Positions 9,888-20,596 of a stretch of DNA of 56,770 bases are shown here, in pieces. The DNA comes from Fidelibacterota bacterium (GTDB lineage: Bacteria > Fidelibacterota > Fidelibacteria > Fidelibacterales > Fidelibacteraceae): contig JAGYLW010000001.1 in the NCBI GenBank assembly GCA_018400915.1, positions 1 to 56,770 of the forward strand, in the 5' to 3' direction. The notes under the pieces were generated by a model. That model was not told where the DNA came from. It saw only the letters and a program-made list of their open reading frames with translations, and ran no database searches. The position numbers and the translations under genes were made by a program. Each line of letters starts with the position of its first letter. Positions within the stretch are counted from its first letter, which is position 1.

Positions 9888-10922
9888 ATGTACGGAGAAC
9901 ATTCACTGCCGCAACAATGGAAAGAACTTCAACAGCGTATCGATCTTGCATCCGCTTTTGTGCTTACCACGCATCAGAATCCCGATGCCGACGGGATCGG
10001 CTCGGAGCTGGCCCTGTACCGTCTTTTGAAAAAGCTGGGAAAGGAAGTCCATATCCTGAACATTTCCCCCACGCCCGCACATCTGCATTTTCTTGACCCG
10101 GATTCCCGCTGCGTACGCTATGTCCCGTCCCGCCACAGGGAGATCCTTTCACGCTCCGATATGCTGATCATCCTGGATGCCGGTGCTTTCGACCGTACCG
10201 GACAGCTCGGAGAGGACGCGCTCGGCACTTCGGTCCCGGTCGTTGCGATCGACCATCATCCCCGGGAGAACAACCCCGTCTATCTTCAGGAGATCGTCAA
10301 CGACAAGGACTGTTCTGTCGGAAAACTGCTTTACGAATTCATACAATACTGCTACCCGGACAGAATGGACGCTCTCATTGCACGGGAGCTGTATACGGCT
10401 ATTGCGGGGGATACGGGAAATTTCCGTTTCGGGAATACGACCCCGGGATCGCACCGCGTCGCCTCTGAACTTATGAAATACGATATTAACGCGTATGATA
10501 TTTACTGCCGGCTCTTCGGGAATATCTCGCTGTCCGGGATCAAGTTGTTCTCCTCTGTCCTGAACCACCTTCATTTTTCAGAGGACAGGCGTGTTGTCTG
10601 GTTCTTTATCACGCGCAGCATGCTGAAAAATAACGGAGCGGATGATAATGATACCGAGGGGATCACGGATTTTCTCCGTATGATAGAGGGTGTGGAGATC
10701 AGCATTATGTTCAAGGAAAGGACCGACGGTTCAACACGTATCAATTTCCGTTCCAAAGGCTCCGTTTCCACGAACGGGATCGCACGCCGTTTCGGCGGCG
10801 GCGGGCATCAGCATGCCAGCGGCATCGTCAGCAAAAAGCCCCTGGAAGAGCTTTTCCCGGAAGTGATCGGTGCCATAATGCAACATGTGAAAGCGGCGTT
10901 CAATGAAAATCCGGATCGCTGA
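9888..10922 (+). CDS. nrnA: DHH/DHHA1 phosphoesterase (oligoribonuclease / pAp phosphatase NrnA-like)
   Basis: Motifs HQNPDADGIGS, IDHH and GGGGHQHASG. ATG 9888, with GGGGAGA about 10 nt upstream, is preferred over the TTG at 9870. Confidence 0.8.
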   Translation: MYGEHSLPQQWKELQQRIDLASAFVLTTHQNPDADGIGSELALYRLLKKLGKEVHILNISPTPAHLHFLDPDSRCVRYVPSRHREILSRSDMLIILDAGAFDRTGQLGEDALGTSVPVVAIDHHPRENNPVYLQEIVNDKDCSVGKLLYEFIQYCYPDRMDALIARELYTAIAGDTGNFRFGNTTPGSHRVASELMKYDINAYDIYCRLFGNISLSGIKLFSSVLNHLHFSEDRRVVWFFITRSMLKNNGADDNDTEGITDFLRMIEGVEISIMFKERTDGSTRINFRSKGSVSTNGIARRFGGGGHQHASGIVSKKPLEELFPEVIGAIMQHVKAAFNENPDR

Positions 10923-11745
10923 ACATTGCGGGTTCTGTTCCGGTGTCAGGAACGCCGTCGAGCTCGCCGGCGCGGCGCTGGAAAAATACGGTCGCGTTGC
11001 CGTAACGGGTGATCTTGTCCATAACAAGGTGGTAATGGACCGGCTGAAACAAAACGGGCTCGTATTTGTTAAAGACCTTGAGGATGTCGGTGAAATGCCC
11101 CTGTTGCTACGCGCGCACGGAACGAATGCGGCACTCGTGTATACCGCCAGAGAGATGGGGATAGATCTGATAGACGGAACCTGCCCCCTGGTGAAAAAGA
11201 TCCACGATCATGCCCTGGAACTGGAAAGCGAGGGCCGTCAGGTCATTGTCATCGGCGACAGGGACCATGATGAGGTTCAGGGCATTGTTTCCCGCCTGCA
11301 TGATTACTGCGTCGTCCAGAATGCCGGGGAGCTGAAGGGCCGCAAAATCAAAAGACGGACGGGGGTTGTGGTCCAGAGCACACAGCTGTTTGACAATGTG
11401 CGTGAAATCGTATCCGGAATATTGACAATATCACGGGATTGCCGTATCATTAATACGATATGTGAACCGACGAGAAGGAACCAGGAAGAAGTGCGGGAAC
11501 TGGCAATGCAGAATGACGGTATGCTGATCATCGGCGATCCGGCATCCGCGAATTCGAAACGTTTGTTCACCGTTTCCCGCTCATTGAACAGGAACAGCCA
11601 TATGGTTGCCGAAAAAGCGGATATCGACGCATCGTGGTTCCGCAACTGCGAGAGCCTCGGTATTACCGCGGGAGCGAGCACGCCCGGGGACCGTATCATC
11701 GATATCGTGGATTATATTAAAACCCTAAACGGAGATAGAAAGTAA
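10903..11745 (+). CDS. ispH: 4-hydroxy-3-methylbut-2-enyl diphosphate reductase
   Basis: [19 protein letters not shown].., GTCPLVKK and a later conserved Cys (NTICEPT). 280 aa. Overlaps the nrnA end by 20 nt. Confidence 0.9.
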   Translation: MKIRIAEHCGFCSGVRNAVELAGAALEKYGRVAVTGDLVHNKVVMDRLKQNGLVFVKDLEDVGEMPLLLRAHGTNAALVYTAREMGIDLIDGTCPLVKKIHDHALELESEGRQVIVIGDRDHDEVQGIVSRLHDYCVVQNAGELKGRKIKRRTGVVVQSTQLFDNVREIVSGILTISRDCRIINTICEPTRRNQEEVRELAMQNDGMLIIGDPASANSKRLFTVSRSLNRNSHMVAEKADIDASWFRNCESLGITAGASTPGDRIIDIVDYIKTLNGDRK

Positions 11746-12626
11746 TGAAAAAGGGAGCTTTTGAGGTAAAGGCCGGCCTTTCGGAGATGCTGAAAGGCGG
11801 CGTGATCATGGATGTGACGAATGTGGATCAGGCAAAGATCGCCGAAGACGCCGGGGCGGTTTCCGTCATGGCCCTGGAGCGCATCCCGGCGGACATCCGC
11901 GCACACGGCGGGATCGCCCGCATGAGCAATCCGGACATGATCCTGAAGATCCGGGAAGCCGTGTCCATCCCCGTGATGGCCAAATGCCGTATCGGTCACT
12001 TTGCCGAAGCGCAGATCCTCCAGGAGATCGGGGTGGATTTTATCGACGAATCGGAAGTGCTGACACCGGCGGACGAAGAAAATCACATCTGGAAAAAAGA
12101 TTTCCGCGTTCCTTTTGTGTGCGGATGCAGAGATCTCGGCGAAGCCCTGCGCCGTATCGGTGAAGGCGCCGCGCTTATCCGCACAAAAGGCGAGCCCGGA
12201 ACCGGGGATATTGTTGAAGCGGTGCGCCATATGCGGAAAGTGATGATGCAGATCAGGAAGCTGACCATCCTTGATAAAAGCGAGCTGATGACCGAGGCAA
12301 AGCATCTCGGCGCTCCGTTTGAAATCGTGGAATGGGTGGCGGAAAACGGAAGACTGCCGGTCCCCAATTTTGCCGCAGGCGGCGTCGCAACTCCCGCGGA
12401 CGCTTCACTGATGATGCAGCTGGGCGCGGAAACCGTATTTGTCGGATCGGGGATCTTTATGTCGGATGATCCCAAACCCCGCGCTGAAGCCATCGTGAAG
12501 GCCGTAACGCATTATGACGACCCTGCCGCACTGGCCGAGATCTCAAAGCGGCTAAAAGAAGCGATGGTGGGCATTTCGGCTTCCGGGCTGGAAGAAAAGG
12601 AAAAAATGGCCAACCGGGGCTGGTAG
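11745..12626 (+). CDS. pdxS: pyridoxal 5'-phosphate synthase, lyase subunit
   Basis: [37 protein letters not shown].. and [16 protein letters not shown] are typical PdxS sequences. TAATG start/stop overlap with ispH. Confidence 0.95.
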   Translation: MKKGAFEVKAGLSEMLKGGVIMDVTNVDQAKIAEDAGAVSVMALERIPADIRAHGGIARMSNPDMILKIREAVSIPVMAKCRIGHFAEAQILQEIGVDFIDESEVLTPADEENHIWKKDFRVPFVCGCRDLGEALRRIGEGAALIRTKGEPGTGDIVEAVRHMRKVMMQIRKLTILDKSELMTEAKHLGAPFEIVEWVAENGRLPVPNFAAGGVATPADASLMMQLGAETVFVGSGIFMSDDPKPRAEAIVKAVTHYDDPAALAEISKRLKEAMVGISASGLEEKEKMANRGW

Positions 12627-12645
12627 GACCTAAACAGGATTGTAC

Positions 12646-13251
12646 ATGTCAGACTTACGTATCGGTGTTCTGGGCATTCAGGGTGCCTATGCCCGGCATG
12701 CGGAAATGCTAAGCTCCGCAGGGGTCGCGGCCGAGATCATAAAATACCGGGAACAGCTTTCCGGAATCACCGGGCTGGTCATCCCCGGCGGAGAATCAAC
12801 GACCCTGACCCGGATGATGGGATTCCGTATCGATTACGAAGATATTCTGAATTTTGCCGCGGCTTTTCCGGTGTTCGGGACCTGCGCCGGGCTTATCCTT
12901 CTCGGTACGGGCTGTAAAGATCCCCGTATCCGCCAGCTGGGTTTTCTCGATGCGGTCGTCACCCGCAACGCCTACGGATCACAGAAAGAATCTTTTACGG
13001 AAGAGATCACGCTGGCGTTTGATCCCGGCAAGCACTTCCATGCGATATTCATCCGCGCCCCGAAGATACTGTCCACAGGAAGATCGGTCCGTGTTCTTGC
13101 CGCATACGGGAATCAGCCGGTCCTGATCGAATCCGGAATGCATCTCGGCGCAAGCTTTCATCCGGAGCTTACGCAGGATAGCCGGATACACCGTTATTTT
13201 ATTCAAAAAGTCAAGGAGATAAATGATGGAAAAACGCGCCGTACGGCATAA
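12646..13251 (+). CDS. pdxT: pyridoxal 5'-phosphate synthase, glutaminase subunit
   Basis: MSDLRIGVLGIQGA.., GLVIPGGESTT, FGTCAG (catalytic Cys) and FHPE. ATG 12646 is preferred over TTG 12640. Confidence 0.9.
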   Translation: MSDLRIGVLGIQGAYARHAEMLSSAGVAAEIIKYREQLSGITGLVIPGGESTTLTRMMGFRIDYEDILNFAAAFPVFGTCAGLILLGTGCKDPRIRQLGFLDAVVTRNAYGSQKESFTEEITLAFDPGKHFHAIFIRAPKILSTGRSVRVLAAYGNQPVLIESGMHLGASFHPELTQDSRIHRYFIQKVKEINDGKTRRTA

Positions 13252-13930
13252 TCTGTTCCGTGTGATCCTCGCGATCGTCTTCATTTGCTTCGGCATCATT
13301 GCCCTGGGCAACAATATCGGCTGGTGGGATATCGACGACCTCTTCCTCACCTGGTGGCCCCTTATTCTGATTCTGCTGGGCTTTATCACGATCTTTGCGC
13401 CGGGGGGCTCGTGGGGCGGCGGGATCTTTCTGGTGGTCCTCGGTATTGTGATGCTGCTGCATACCCACGGGATCTACGATATCAGCGACCTTATCTGGCC
13501 CGCAATGCTTATCCTTGTCGGTTTCCTGGTCTGGCCGCGAAAAAAACAGCGGCAAAAGCCCTGCCCTCCGGAAGAAGAAGGACATGAAGCGGGAGAGGAT
13601 CACACCTTCAACATCAACACCCTTTTTCAGGGTCACCGCGAAGTGATCAATGACAAACAGCTTGCCGGGGGCCACGGGACCGCCGTGTTCGGGAACCTGG
13701 ACATCGACCTGCGGCAGGCCGTTCCCAAAACAGGGGCATATATCGAGCTCTCCGCGGTGTTCGGCAAAGTCCGTCTTTCCGTGCCCACCAACTGGAATGT
13801 GACCAAACACGGCGGACCGGTCTTCGGAAAGATCGACGATCTCCGCAAACAGGGCACAGAATCCGCGTATTCCTATCCGGTGACGATCGAAATGAACGCC
13901 GTGTTCGGAAATGTGGAATTAGCGGATTGA
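13223..13930 (+). CDS. LiaF-like (cell wall-active antibiotic response) membrane protein
   Basis: Four N-terminal TM helices and a charged linker, then a C-terminal beta-rich repeat (VFGNLDIDL, VFGKVRLSVP, VFGNVELAD) as in LiaF/DUF2154-type domains. Confidence 0.55.
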   Translation: MMEKRAVRHNLFRVILAIVFICFGIIALGNNIGWWDIDDLFLTWWPLILILLGFITIFAPGGSWGGGIFLVVLGIVMLLHTHGIYDISDLIWPAMLILVGFLVWPRKKQRQKPCPPEEEGHEAGEDHTFNINTLFQGHREVINDKQLAGGHGTAVFGNLDIDLRQAVPKTGAYIELSAVFGKVRLSVPTNWNVTKHGGPVFGKIDDLRKQGTESAYSYPVTIEMNAVFGNVELAD

Positions 13931-13966
13931 TCGCTGGCCGCAACACAAATCATATGAAGGCATGAC

Positions 13967-16531
13967 GTGAGATATTTACGGCCGATCCTCCTTATTGCCT
14001 TTTTAACGCTCAGCCTCCGCGCAGCCGTCTGGACCGTCCCGGACAGCCTTTCCTCGATTCAGGAGGCCGTCGACACGGCCGCTTCCGGCGATACCGTGCT
14101 TGTCATGCGTTCCTTTCAGAACGACGGACCCGTACATATCGCGGGAAAGACGATCGCCCTGCTGGCGAACAACTATATTAAGAATCCCGGCTCATACAAT
14201 TTCTCAACCGGCGTTGCCATCTATAACGATAACAATACCCTGCCGCTTTTCCGTATCGAAAATGCGGACGGCTGTCTTGTCCGGGGCGTGCTCTTCGACC
14301 GCAGCGGTTCGGAGAACGGCGGCGGCATACAGATTGTCAATTCACAGGATGTGCATTTTGACGGGACCTACTTCAGGGGCAACGCGCTCCGCCTCTCCGG
14401 GTCCGGCATGCACCTGCGGAACAGCCGGCTGTATTCCTATCAGGATGCCGAAAAGTCCGCCGTGCTTCTGGACGCTTCCGGCTTGTATATCTCGGAGAGC
14501 ATTCTGCGTGTTCAATCGGCGGCATCCCTCTTTTCACTGAATAACAGCAGCACGCTGAATGCGCGGAACCTGGCGCTGTACGACAACGACTGCGAAAATG
14601 CCGTATCCCTGTCCGCTTCCGCTGCCGACCTGGATTTTGTGACCTTTTACAACAACACCTTTTCCGGCAATGCCTGGGAGGCGGACGGATCATCGGTCCG
14701 GATCAGGAACAGCATTCTCGATCATCCGCTCCCGGAAGACCCGGCAACGTTCACTGTCAGTTATTCGGCGCTTCAGCAGGACTGTGACGGCGCCGGAAAT
14801 ATCCGTAATGACCCGCAGATCGATCCCGATGATCCTTTCCCCGTACTGCTCCCGGTATCACCGTGCATTTCAGGGGGCGATCCCGATACCACCGGCATTC
14901 CGCGCAAGGATCTCGCCGGGGAACCGCGCCCGTCGCCGGAATGGGCCCCACCGGATATCGGCGCTTTTGAATCGGAACGTCATGTGCCGGAGCACGGCGG
15001 AAGCAGGATCTGGGTCGCTGCCGGCGGCGACGATACCTGGGGAAACGGCAGCCCTGAACGTCCCTTTGCCAGCGTACAGAGCGCCGTTGACATTGCGTCC
15101 GGCAGCGACACGGTGCTTATTGAGAGCGGATCATATCGCGGGAGCATACGCATTGAGGGAAAAACGCTGACCCTTGCTTCCACATATATTATTGACGGCG
15201 ACAGCAGCGAGACAGAAAACACGGTACTGCTTGGCGATACTTCCGTTTACGAACCTGTGCTGACCCTAAGGAATGCAGATTCCGTCGCCGTGCTCGGACT
15301 GAGCCTGCGGGAAGGCAGCGGCCGTGTTTTCTATCCCGGATATACGTACGGCGGAGCCGTTTATTGCGAAAACAGCACCTGCTATCTTGAGCATGTCAGC
15401 ATTGAGGACAATACCGCCGATTTTTGCGGCGGCGGTATCTATGCACTGGCCTCCACGCTCCGGCTTCACGGGGTGACGTTCGAGAACAACCGGGCGCGCC
15501 TCGGAGGGGCGCTGGGCATTTCAGGCAGCATCCTCAAGGCCGCCCATACGTCGATCTACAACAATACCGCTTCATCCGGGGGCGGAATCTACGCCGAAAA
15601 TCTTTCCCGCCTGATGCTGTACTATTCCGATATTTCTTCCAATTCGGCAGAAAAAACCTTTCTTTCTTATGAAAAACCTTCCTCCGTGTCGCAGCACGGG
15701 GGCGGGATATACACGACAAATACCGACCTGAGGCTTATGAACTCCCTGCTGAGCGAAAATCATGCGGAGAACCGCGGAGCTGCGCTTGCGGCACGATACG
15801 GGAACATTGAGCTGCTTCAGTCCACCATTGCAGGCAACACCTATACCGCGGACAGTGCGGGAACCCTTTACCTGGAGTCTCAACACGAACCGGTAGCATG
15901 TGTAAATTCCATCATCTGGAATTCCGGCGGGATCCAGGTCCGCTGTTCCGGTTCCGGGATCAACATATCTCACAGCGATCTCCGCGGTGGGGTGGAATCC
16001 GTTCTGTGCGAAAATGACAATTCGACGGTCTCGGTCTCGGACCTGCTTCAGGCCGATCCGCTCTTTGAAGGTCATTATTCGCTTTCTTCCTCTTCCCCCT
16101 GCCGGGATGCCGGCACCGTATCTTTCACGCAGGGCACTTATTACCTGATAAACTATGACCCTTCGGATTATTCCGGAACGTCGCCGGACCTCGGTCACCT
16201 TGGCGCACACCCGGAGATCCGTTTTGAAAAGGAGGCGGTGAATACATCAGCTGCCGCTTATCCGCAGCGTGCGGAACATCTCCTCGCATATCCCAATCCC
16301 TTCAATGCGGAAACACATTTCCTGTTTTCCACGGACAGGGCGGGCAATACGGTGCTGGAGGTGTATGATGTCCGCGGCCGGAAGGTAAAAACCCTTCTGG
16401 ATGATTTTCTGCTTCCCGGCCGGTACAGGATCCCCTTTCATGCGGCCGGTCTGCCGTCCGGCGTTTACCTGTGCCGTTTACAGAATGCTTCCGCCGCTCC
16501 GGTAACAAAAAAAGTCCTTTTATTGAAATAA
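13967..16531 (+). CDS. secreted right-handed beta-helix repeat protein with T9SS type-A C-terminal sorting domain
   Basis: GTG start with signal peptide MRYLRPILLIAFLTLSLRA. Many GGGIY/GGA..N..A repeats (PbH1-like). The C-terminus YPNPFNAETHFLFS..VLEVYDVRGRKVKTLLDD..LPSGVYLCRLQ..KKVLLLK is a classic Por secretion tail. Confidence 0.75.
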   Translation: MRYLRPILLIAFLTLSLRAAVWTVPDSLSSIQEAVDTAASGDTVLVMRSFQNDGPVHIAGKTIALLANNYIKNPGSYNFSTGVAIYNDNNTLPLFRIENADGCLVRGVLFDRSGSENGGGIQIVNSQDVHFDGTYFRGNALRLSGSGMHLRNSRLYSYQDAEKSAVLLDASGLYISESILRVQSAASLFSLNNSSTLNARNLALYDNDCENAVSLSASAADLDFVTFYNNTFSGNAWEADGSSVRIRNSILDHPLPEDPATFTVSYSALQQDCDGAGNIRNDPQIDPDDPFPVLLPVSPCISGGDPDTTGIPRKDLAGEPRPSPEWAPPDIGAFESERHVPEHGGSRIWVAAGGDDTWGNGSPERPFASVQSAVDIASGSDTVLIESGSYRGSIRIEGKTLTLASTYIIDGDSSETENTVLLGDTSVYEPVLTLRNADSVAVLGLSLREGSGRVFYPGYTYGGAVYCENSTCYLEHVSIEDNTADFCGGGIYALASTLRLHGVTFENNRARLGGALGISGSILKAAHTSIYNNTASSGGGIYAENLSRLMLYYSDISSNSAEKTFLSYEKPSSVSQHGGGIYTTNTDLRLMNSLLSENHAENRGAALAARYGNIELLQSTIAGNTYTADSAGTLYLESQHEPVACVNSIIWNSGGIQVRCSGSGINISHSDLRGGVESVLCENDNSTVSVSDLLQADPLFEGHYSLSSSSPCRDAGTVSFTQGTYYLINYDPSDYSGTSPDLGHLGAHPEIRFEKEAVNTSAAAYPQRAEHLLAYPNPFNAETHFLFSTDRAGNTVLEVYDVRGRKVKTLLDDFLLPGRYRIPFHAAGLPSGVYLCRLQNASAAPVTKKVLLLK

Positions 16532-17895
16532 TGCCTATGTCTCACACACATCATGACACCATTGCCGCGATCTCCACTCCTCCGGGAGTCGGCGGCATCG
16601 CCGTGATCCGGCTTTCCGGAGACAGGGCGCTTCCCATTGCGCTGAAGGCGCTGGACGTGGCTGAGCTCCGGCCCCGCCTTGCGCAATTCGCCCGTGTTGC
16701 GCACCCGGAAAGCAACACGCTGATCGACAATGTGGTCGCCACCTATTTTAAAGCGCCGGCATCCTATACCGGAGAAGATACGGTTGAGATCTCCTGTCAC
16801 GGAGGCTATTCCGCTTCGCCTGCCGTACTTTCGCTTTTATACGATCTCGGTGCCAGGCCCGCCTTGCCCGGTGAGTTCACACGCCGCGCCTTTATGAACG
16901 GAAAGATGGACCTTCTGCAGGCGGAAGCCGTCGCCGATCTTATTCACGCCGTTTCCGCCGGAGCACAAAAGATCGCCGGCCGTTTGCTTTCGGGAAAACT
17001 TTCGGAAAAGGTGCATCAGCTCCGCGATGAACTTACCGGTATCGCCTCGGTGCTGGAACTGGAGCTGGATTTCTCCGAAGAAGCGATCACCCCGCTTTCA
17101 CACCGGGAGACCGAGGCAAAGATCCGCGAAGCCGTTAAGCATATTTCAGAGCTTGCGGAATCCTACGGCGGGGGAAAGATCCTGCGGGAAGGCGCGCTTG
17201 TCCCTATCGTGGGAAGACCCAATGCCGGAAAATCAAGCCTTCTGAACGCCGTGCTGGAGGAAGAGCGCGCGATCATCTCACATATTCCGGGAACCACCCG
17301 CGATACGATAGAGGAATCTTTTGTTCATAAAGGTTTCCTTTTCCGCCTGGTGGATACCGCCGGCCTCCGGGAAACGGAAGATCACATCGAAAGGATCGGG
17401 ACCGAGCGCGCCCTGAAAACCCTGAAAGGTGCCGATCTCATCCTTCTGGTCCTTGACCCCCTGTCCGGGGACGACTTCCGGTTTGAAAGGGAATTTCTCA
17501 CGCGCTACAACGACATCCCCGTGATCCTCGTTCATAATAAGTCCGACCTGAACAAACCCTTTCCGGAATTGCCCGCCGAACATACCCTTGCGGTTTCCGC
17601 AACAGGATCCCGGAATATCGATACCCTCCTGGACATGATGCTCGACGTGGTAAAAGCACACTATCACGTGGACGGCAGCAGTATCGCCATCACAAAACAA
17701 CGCCATCTGCGTGCTCTGCGCCGTTCCCTGGAATCGCTTGAACGGGCGCGGAAAGCGCTGGGGGAACACTGGTCGAACGAATTCATTGCTGTGGATATCC
17801 GCGAAGCGATCGACGCTCTGGACGACATTACCGGACAGACCACTTCCGCGGATGTCCTGAACAATATTTTCTCGCATTTTTGTATCGGGAAATAA
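16531..17895 (+). CDS. mnmE: tRNA modification GTPase
   Basis: DTIAAISTPPGVGGIAVIRLSG, G-domain GRPNAGKSSLLN/DTAG/NKSD, and the C-terminal CIGK tetrapeptide. ATG 16531 (TAATG overlap with the upstream stop) is preferred over the track start 16471. Confidence 0.93.
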   Translation: MPMSHTHHDTIAAISTPPGVGGIAVIRLSGDRALPIALKALDVAELRPRLAQFARVAHPESNTLIDNVVATYFKAPASYTGEDTVEISCHGGYSASPAVLSLLYDLGARPALPGEFTRRAFMNGKMDLLQAEAVADLIHAVSAGAQKIAGRLLSGKLSEKVHQLRDELTGIASVLELELDFSEEAITPLSHRETEAKIREAVKHISELAESYGGGKILREGALVPIVGRPNAGKSSLLNAVLEEERAIISHIPGTTRDTIEESFVHKGFLFRLVDTAGLRETEDHIERIGTERALKTLKGADLILLVLDPLSGDDFRFEREFLTRYNDIPVILVHNKSDLNKPFPELPAEHTLAVSATGSRNIDTLLDMMLDVVKAHYHVDGSSIAITKQRHLRALRRSLESLERARKALGEHWSNEFIAVDIREAIDALDDITGQTTSADVLNNIFSHFCIGK

Positions 17896-17969
17896 AACGC
17901 CTTTTCTCCATTCGTGAAAATAACGCACATTGTTTGCGAAAAATCCGTAATTGACGTACATTTCCCGTA

Positions 17970-19802
17970 ATGGAAACACATTATGACATCATTGTGGTCG
18001 GCGGCGGGCATGCCGGTGTGGAAGCCGCGCTGGCGGCGGCGCGTCTCGGCAAAAGGACGGCCCTGATAACGCTGGAACGATCTTCCATCGCCAGAATGAG
18101 CTGCAACCCTTCCATCGGCGGACTTGCCAAGGGGCACCTGGTCCGGGAAATTGACGTGCTCGGCGGAGAAATGGCGAAAGCCATTGACGCAACGGGAATA
18201 CAATTCAAATTGCTGAACCGCTCAAAGGGCCGCGCGGTCTGGTCCCCCCGCGCTCAGGCGGATAAGCGGAAATACGAAGCATACATGCAGGCGGCGCTTA
18301 CCGCCTCTCCCCGGCTCGACATTATCGAAGGCGATGCACGCGGGCTCGATATAAAAGAGGATACGGTCCGGGGCGTACTGTTGCAGGACGGATCCCGTCT
18401 GTCCGGAAAGGCCTGCATTCTGACGAACGGAACCTTTTTACGCGGCAAGATACATATCGGTGATGTCCAGATCTCCGCCGGCCGCTACGGCGAGCTGCCG
18501 AGCATCGGTATTTCAGATCAGCTGAGATCCCTCGGGTTCAGCGTAGGCCGCCTGAAAACGGGAACGCCTTCACGTATTACAAAACGCTCCATTGATTTTT
18601 CACGGCTGGAGAAACAGGAAGGCGATCCGGATCCCCTGCCGTTCTCCTATGCAACAACCCATTTCACTCCCAAAAATATTCCCTGCTGGCTGGCCTATAC
18701 ACAAGACGAGACCCACCGTATCCTGCATTCCGCACTGGACCGTTCTCCGCTCTATACCGGAAAGATCGCCGGGGCCGGTCCGCGGTATTGTCCAAGCATC
18801 GAAGACAAGATCGTGCGTTTTTCGGAAAAACCTTCTCACCAGCTCTTCCTTGAACCGGAGTGGGAGGGCGCTTCCCAGTGGTATGTGAACGGCTTTTCTT
18901 CCTCTCTGCCCGTTGATATCCAGATCCGCGCACTGCGCTCCGTTCCGGGGCTTGAAAGGGCGGAATTCATCAAGATCGGTTACGCCATTGAATACGATTT
19001 TTTTCCCTCTCATCAGATCCGGAGATCGCTTGAGACACGGGCCGTGTCCGGACTCTATTTTGCGGGACAGGTCAACGGTACCAGCGGATACGAAGAGGCG
19101 GCCGCCCAGGGGCTGATGGCAGCCGTCAACGCCGTTCGCAATCTCGACGGAAAAAACCCGGTTGTCATGGAGCGCCATGAATCCTATACCGGCGTACTGA
19201 TCGATGATCTCTGTTCCAAGGAGACGTCCGAACCCTATCGCATGTTCACCAGCCTGGCCGAATTCCGCCTGCTTCTGCGCTGGGATAACGCACATCTGCG
19301 CCTTCTGGATATTTCCCGGGAGATCGGCCTGCAGCCGGAGGCGGTGCTGTCACGTTTTGAAAAGGTGCGGCGTGAGACACGTGAACTCGTTCGTGCGTAT
19401 GAAAAGCAGCGTTTGCGCCCGGGCAATCCGCTGAAACTTCCTCTCGACCGTTCCGCTTCACTTGCCCTGCTGATGCGGCAGCAAAAAATTGATGAAAATG
19501 ACCTCCGGAAAATACGGCAGGCGTATTTTCCCGATCATGATGAAGATTCCCTCGACCAGGCCTTTGTGCTGACAAAATACAGCGGTTACATTGAGCGGCA
19601 GCACAAACAGGTAAAAAAGGCGCGCCGGCTTGAAGCAAAGCGGATCCCGCCCGGATTCAACTACGACCGCATCGCCTCTCTTTCGAATGAAGGCAGGGAG
19701 AAACTGAAAAAATTCCGTCCCGAGACCATCGGCCAGGCCAGCCGTGTCCGCGGGATATCCCCCGCTGATATTCAGGTCCTCCTGATCTTTCTGGAAAAAT
19801 AG
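17970..19802 (+). CDS. mnmG: tRNA uridine 5-carboxymethylaminomethyl modification enzyme
   Basis: YDIIVVGGGHAGVEAALAAARLG, MSCNPSIGG, GPRYCPSIEDK and QINGTSGYEEAAAQG-type motifs. 610 aa. Confidence 0.95.
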   Translation: METHYDIIVVGGGHAGVEAALAAARLGKRTALITLERSSIARMSCNPSIGGLAKGHLVREIDVLGGEMAKAIDATGIQFKLLNRSKGRAVWSPRAQADKRKYEAYMQAALTASPRLDIIEGDARGLDIKEDTVRGVLLQDGSRLSGKACILTNGTFLRGKIHIGDVQISAGRYGELPSIGISDQLRSLGFSVGRLKTGTPSRITKRSIDFSRLEKQEGDPDPLPFSYATTHFTPKNIPCWLAYTQDETHRILHSALDRSPLYTGKIAGAGPRYCPSIEDKIVRFSEKPSHQLFLEPEWEGASQWYVNGFSSSLPVDIQIRALRSVPGLERAEFIKIGYAIEYDFFPSHQIRRSLETRAVSGLYFAGQVNGTSGYEEAAAQGLMAAVNAVRNLDGKNPVVMERHESYTGVLIDDLCSKETSEPYRMFTSLAEFRLLLRWDNAHLRLLDISREIGLQPEAVLSRFEKVRRETRELVRAYEKQRLRPGNPLKLPLDRSASLALLMRQQKIDENDLRKIRQAYFPDHDEDSLDQAFVLTKYSGYIERQHKQVKKARRLEAKRIPPGFNYDRIASLSNEGREKLKKFRPETIGQASRVRGISPADIQVLLIFLEK

Positions 19803-20154
19803 ATAATAAAAATAACGGCGCCCGCAGCTGCGTTCTATCCGGCGATCTTTTATCGGGTCATCGTAAAGCATGTCCTTCCACATCGCCTTTCTGCCCATAT
19901 ATCTACCTTTTCCGTTTTGAAAAATGCCGCAGTCCGGCCGTCATATAAAGATTTTTAATAAATAATAATTTTAATAATAATGCTTGTTATTCCTGAATGA
20001 ACTGTTTACATTGCCTCCGTTAAGGATATGACGTATATGATATTATTCTGAAGTCTACCCCAACGCCAAAGGTGGCAAAACACTGCGGACAAGTTCGTGC
20101 GTTTTATTGTCCGGTAGTGTGAGTTAATTCAACGCACAGATATAAGGAACGAGT

Positions 20155-20430
20155 ATGAACATTTACGTAGGAAACCTGCCGTACGAAACGACCGAAGACG
20201 ATCTTCGTCAGATGTTCGGTGAATTCGGTACTGTCAGCAGTGCCAACATTATTACTGACAGGGTCAGCGGCAATTCAAAGGGTTTTGGATTCGTCGAAAT
20301 GGATGATGATGAAGCCGGTCAGAAAGCGGTTGATGAACTCAACGGCAGTGACTTGAAAGGCAGAAACATCAAGGTGAATCTTGCCCGCCCCAAAAGCGAT
20401 CGTCCGAAACAGAATCGCAGAAGCTGGTAA
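20155..20430 (+). CDS. RRM-type RNA-binding protein
   Basis: RNP2 NIYVGNL and RNP1 KGFGFVEM. 91 aa. Good RBS (AAGGAA). A terminator follows. Confidence 0.85.
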   Translation: MNIYVGNLPYETTEDDLRQMFGEFGTVSSANIITDRVSGNSKGFGFVEMDDDEAGQKAVDELNGSDLKGRNIKVNLARPKSDRPKQNRRSW

Positions 20431-20460
20431 GAACCATACATTCTTGAAATGAAGCACCGG

Positions 20461-20489
20461 CGCCTCCCTCGCGGAGGCGTTTGTGTTTT
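20461..20489 (+). terminator. intrinsic terminator
   Basis: CGCCTCC (20461-67) / GGAGGCG (20473-79) stem with a 5-nt loop, followed by TTTGTGTTTT. Confidence 0.8.
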
Positions 20490-20596
20490 ACATCCGTTTT
20501 TTTATCTTTACGAAACCGGGAAGAAAAAATTCCTGCATCTTTTGCGGCGATACGCTCACACGCGGCTTCCCGCGCTGCGGAACAGAGGGTGCTTTT

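Noticed and set aside
16471-16530. N-terminal extensions offered by the ORF track: mnmE from 16471, the PPIase from 27697, the radical SAM gene from 49785, glgA from 45306, exbB from 43085, and the membrane protein from 307.
   Set aside because: Each extension overlaps the preceding gene or is non-protein-like. In each case an internal ATG with an RBS and/or a family-typical N-terminus or signal peptide follows.
19803-20154. A 350-bp AT-rich gap upstream of the RRM protein gene, considered as a cold-shock-type long 5' UTR or a second origin-like region.
   Set aside because: It contains no DnaA boxes and only a weak promoter match (TTGCCT-N17-TATATG). I could not define any conserved structure, so the evidence is insufficient.
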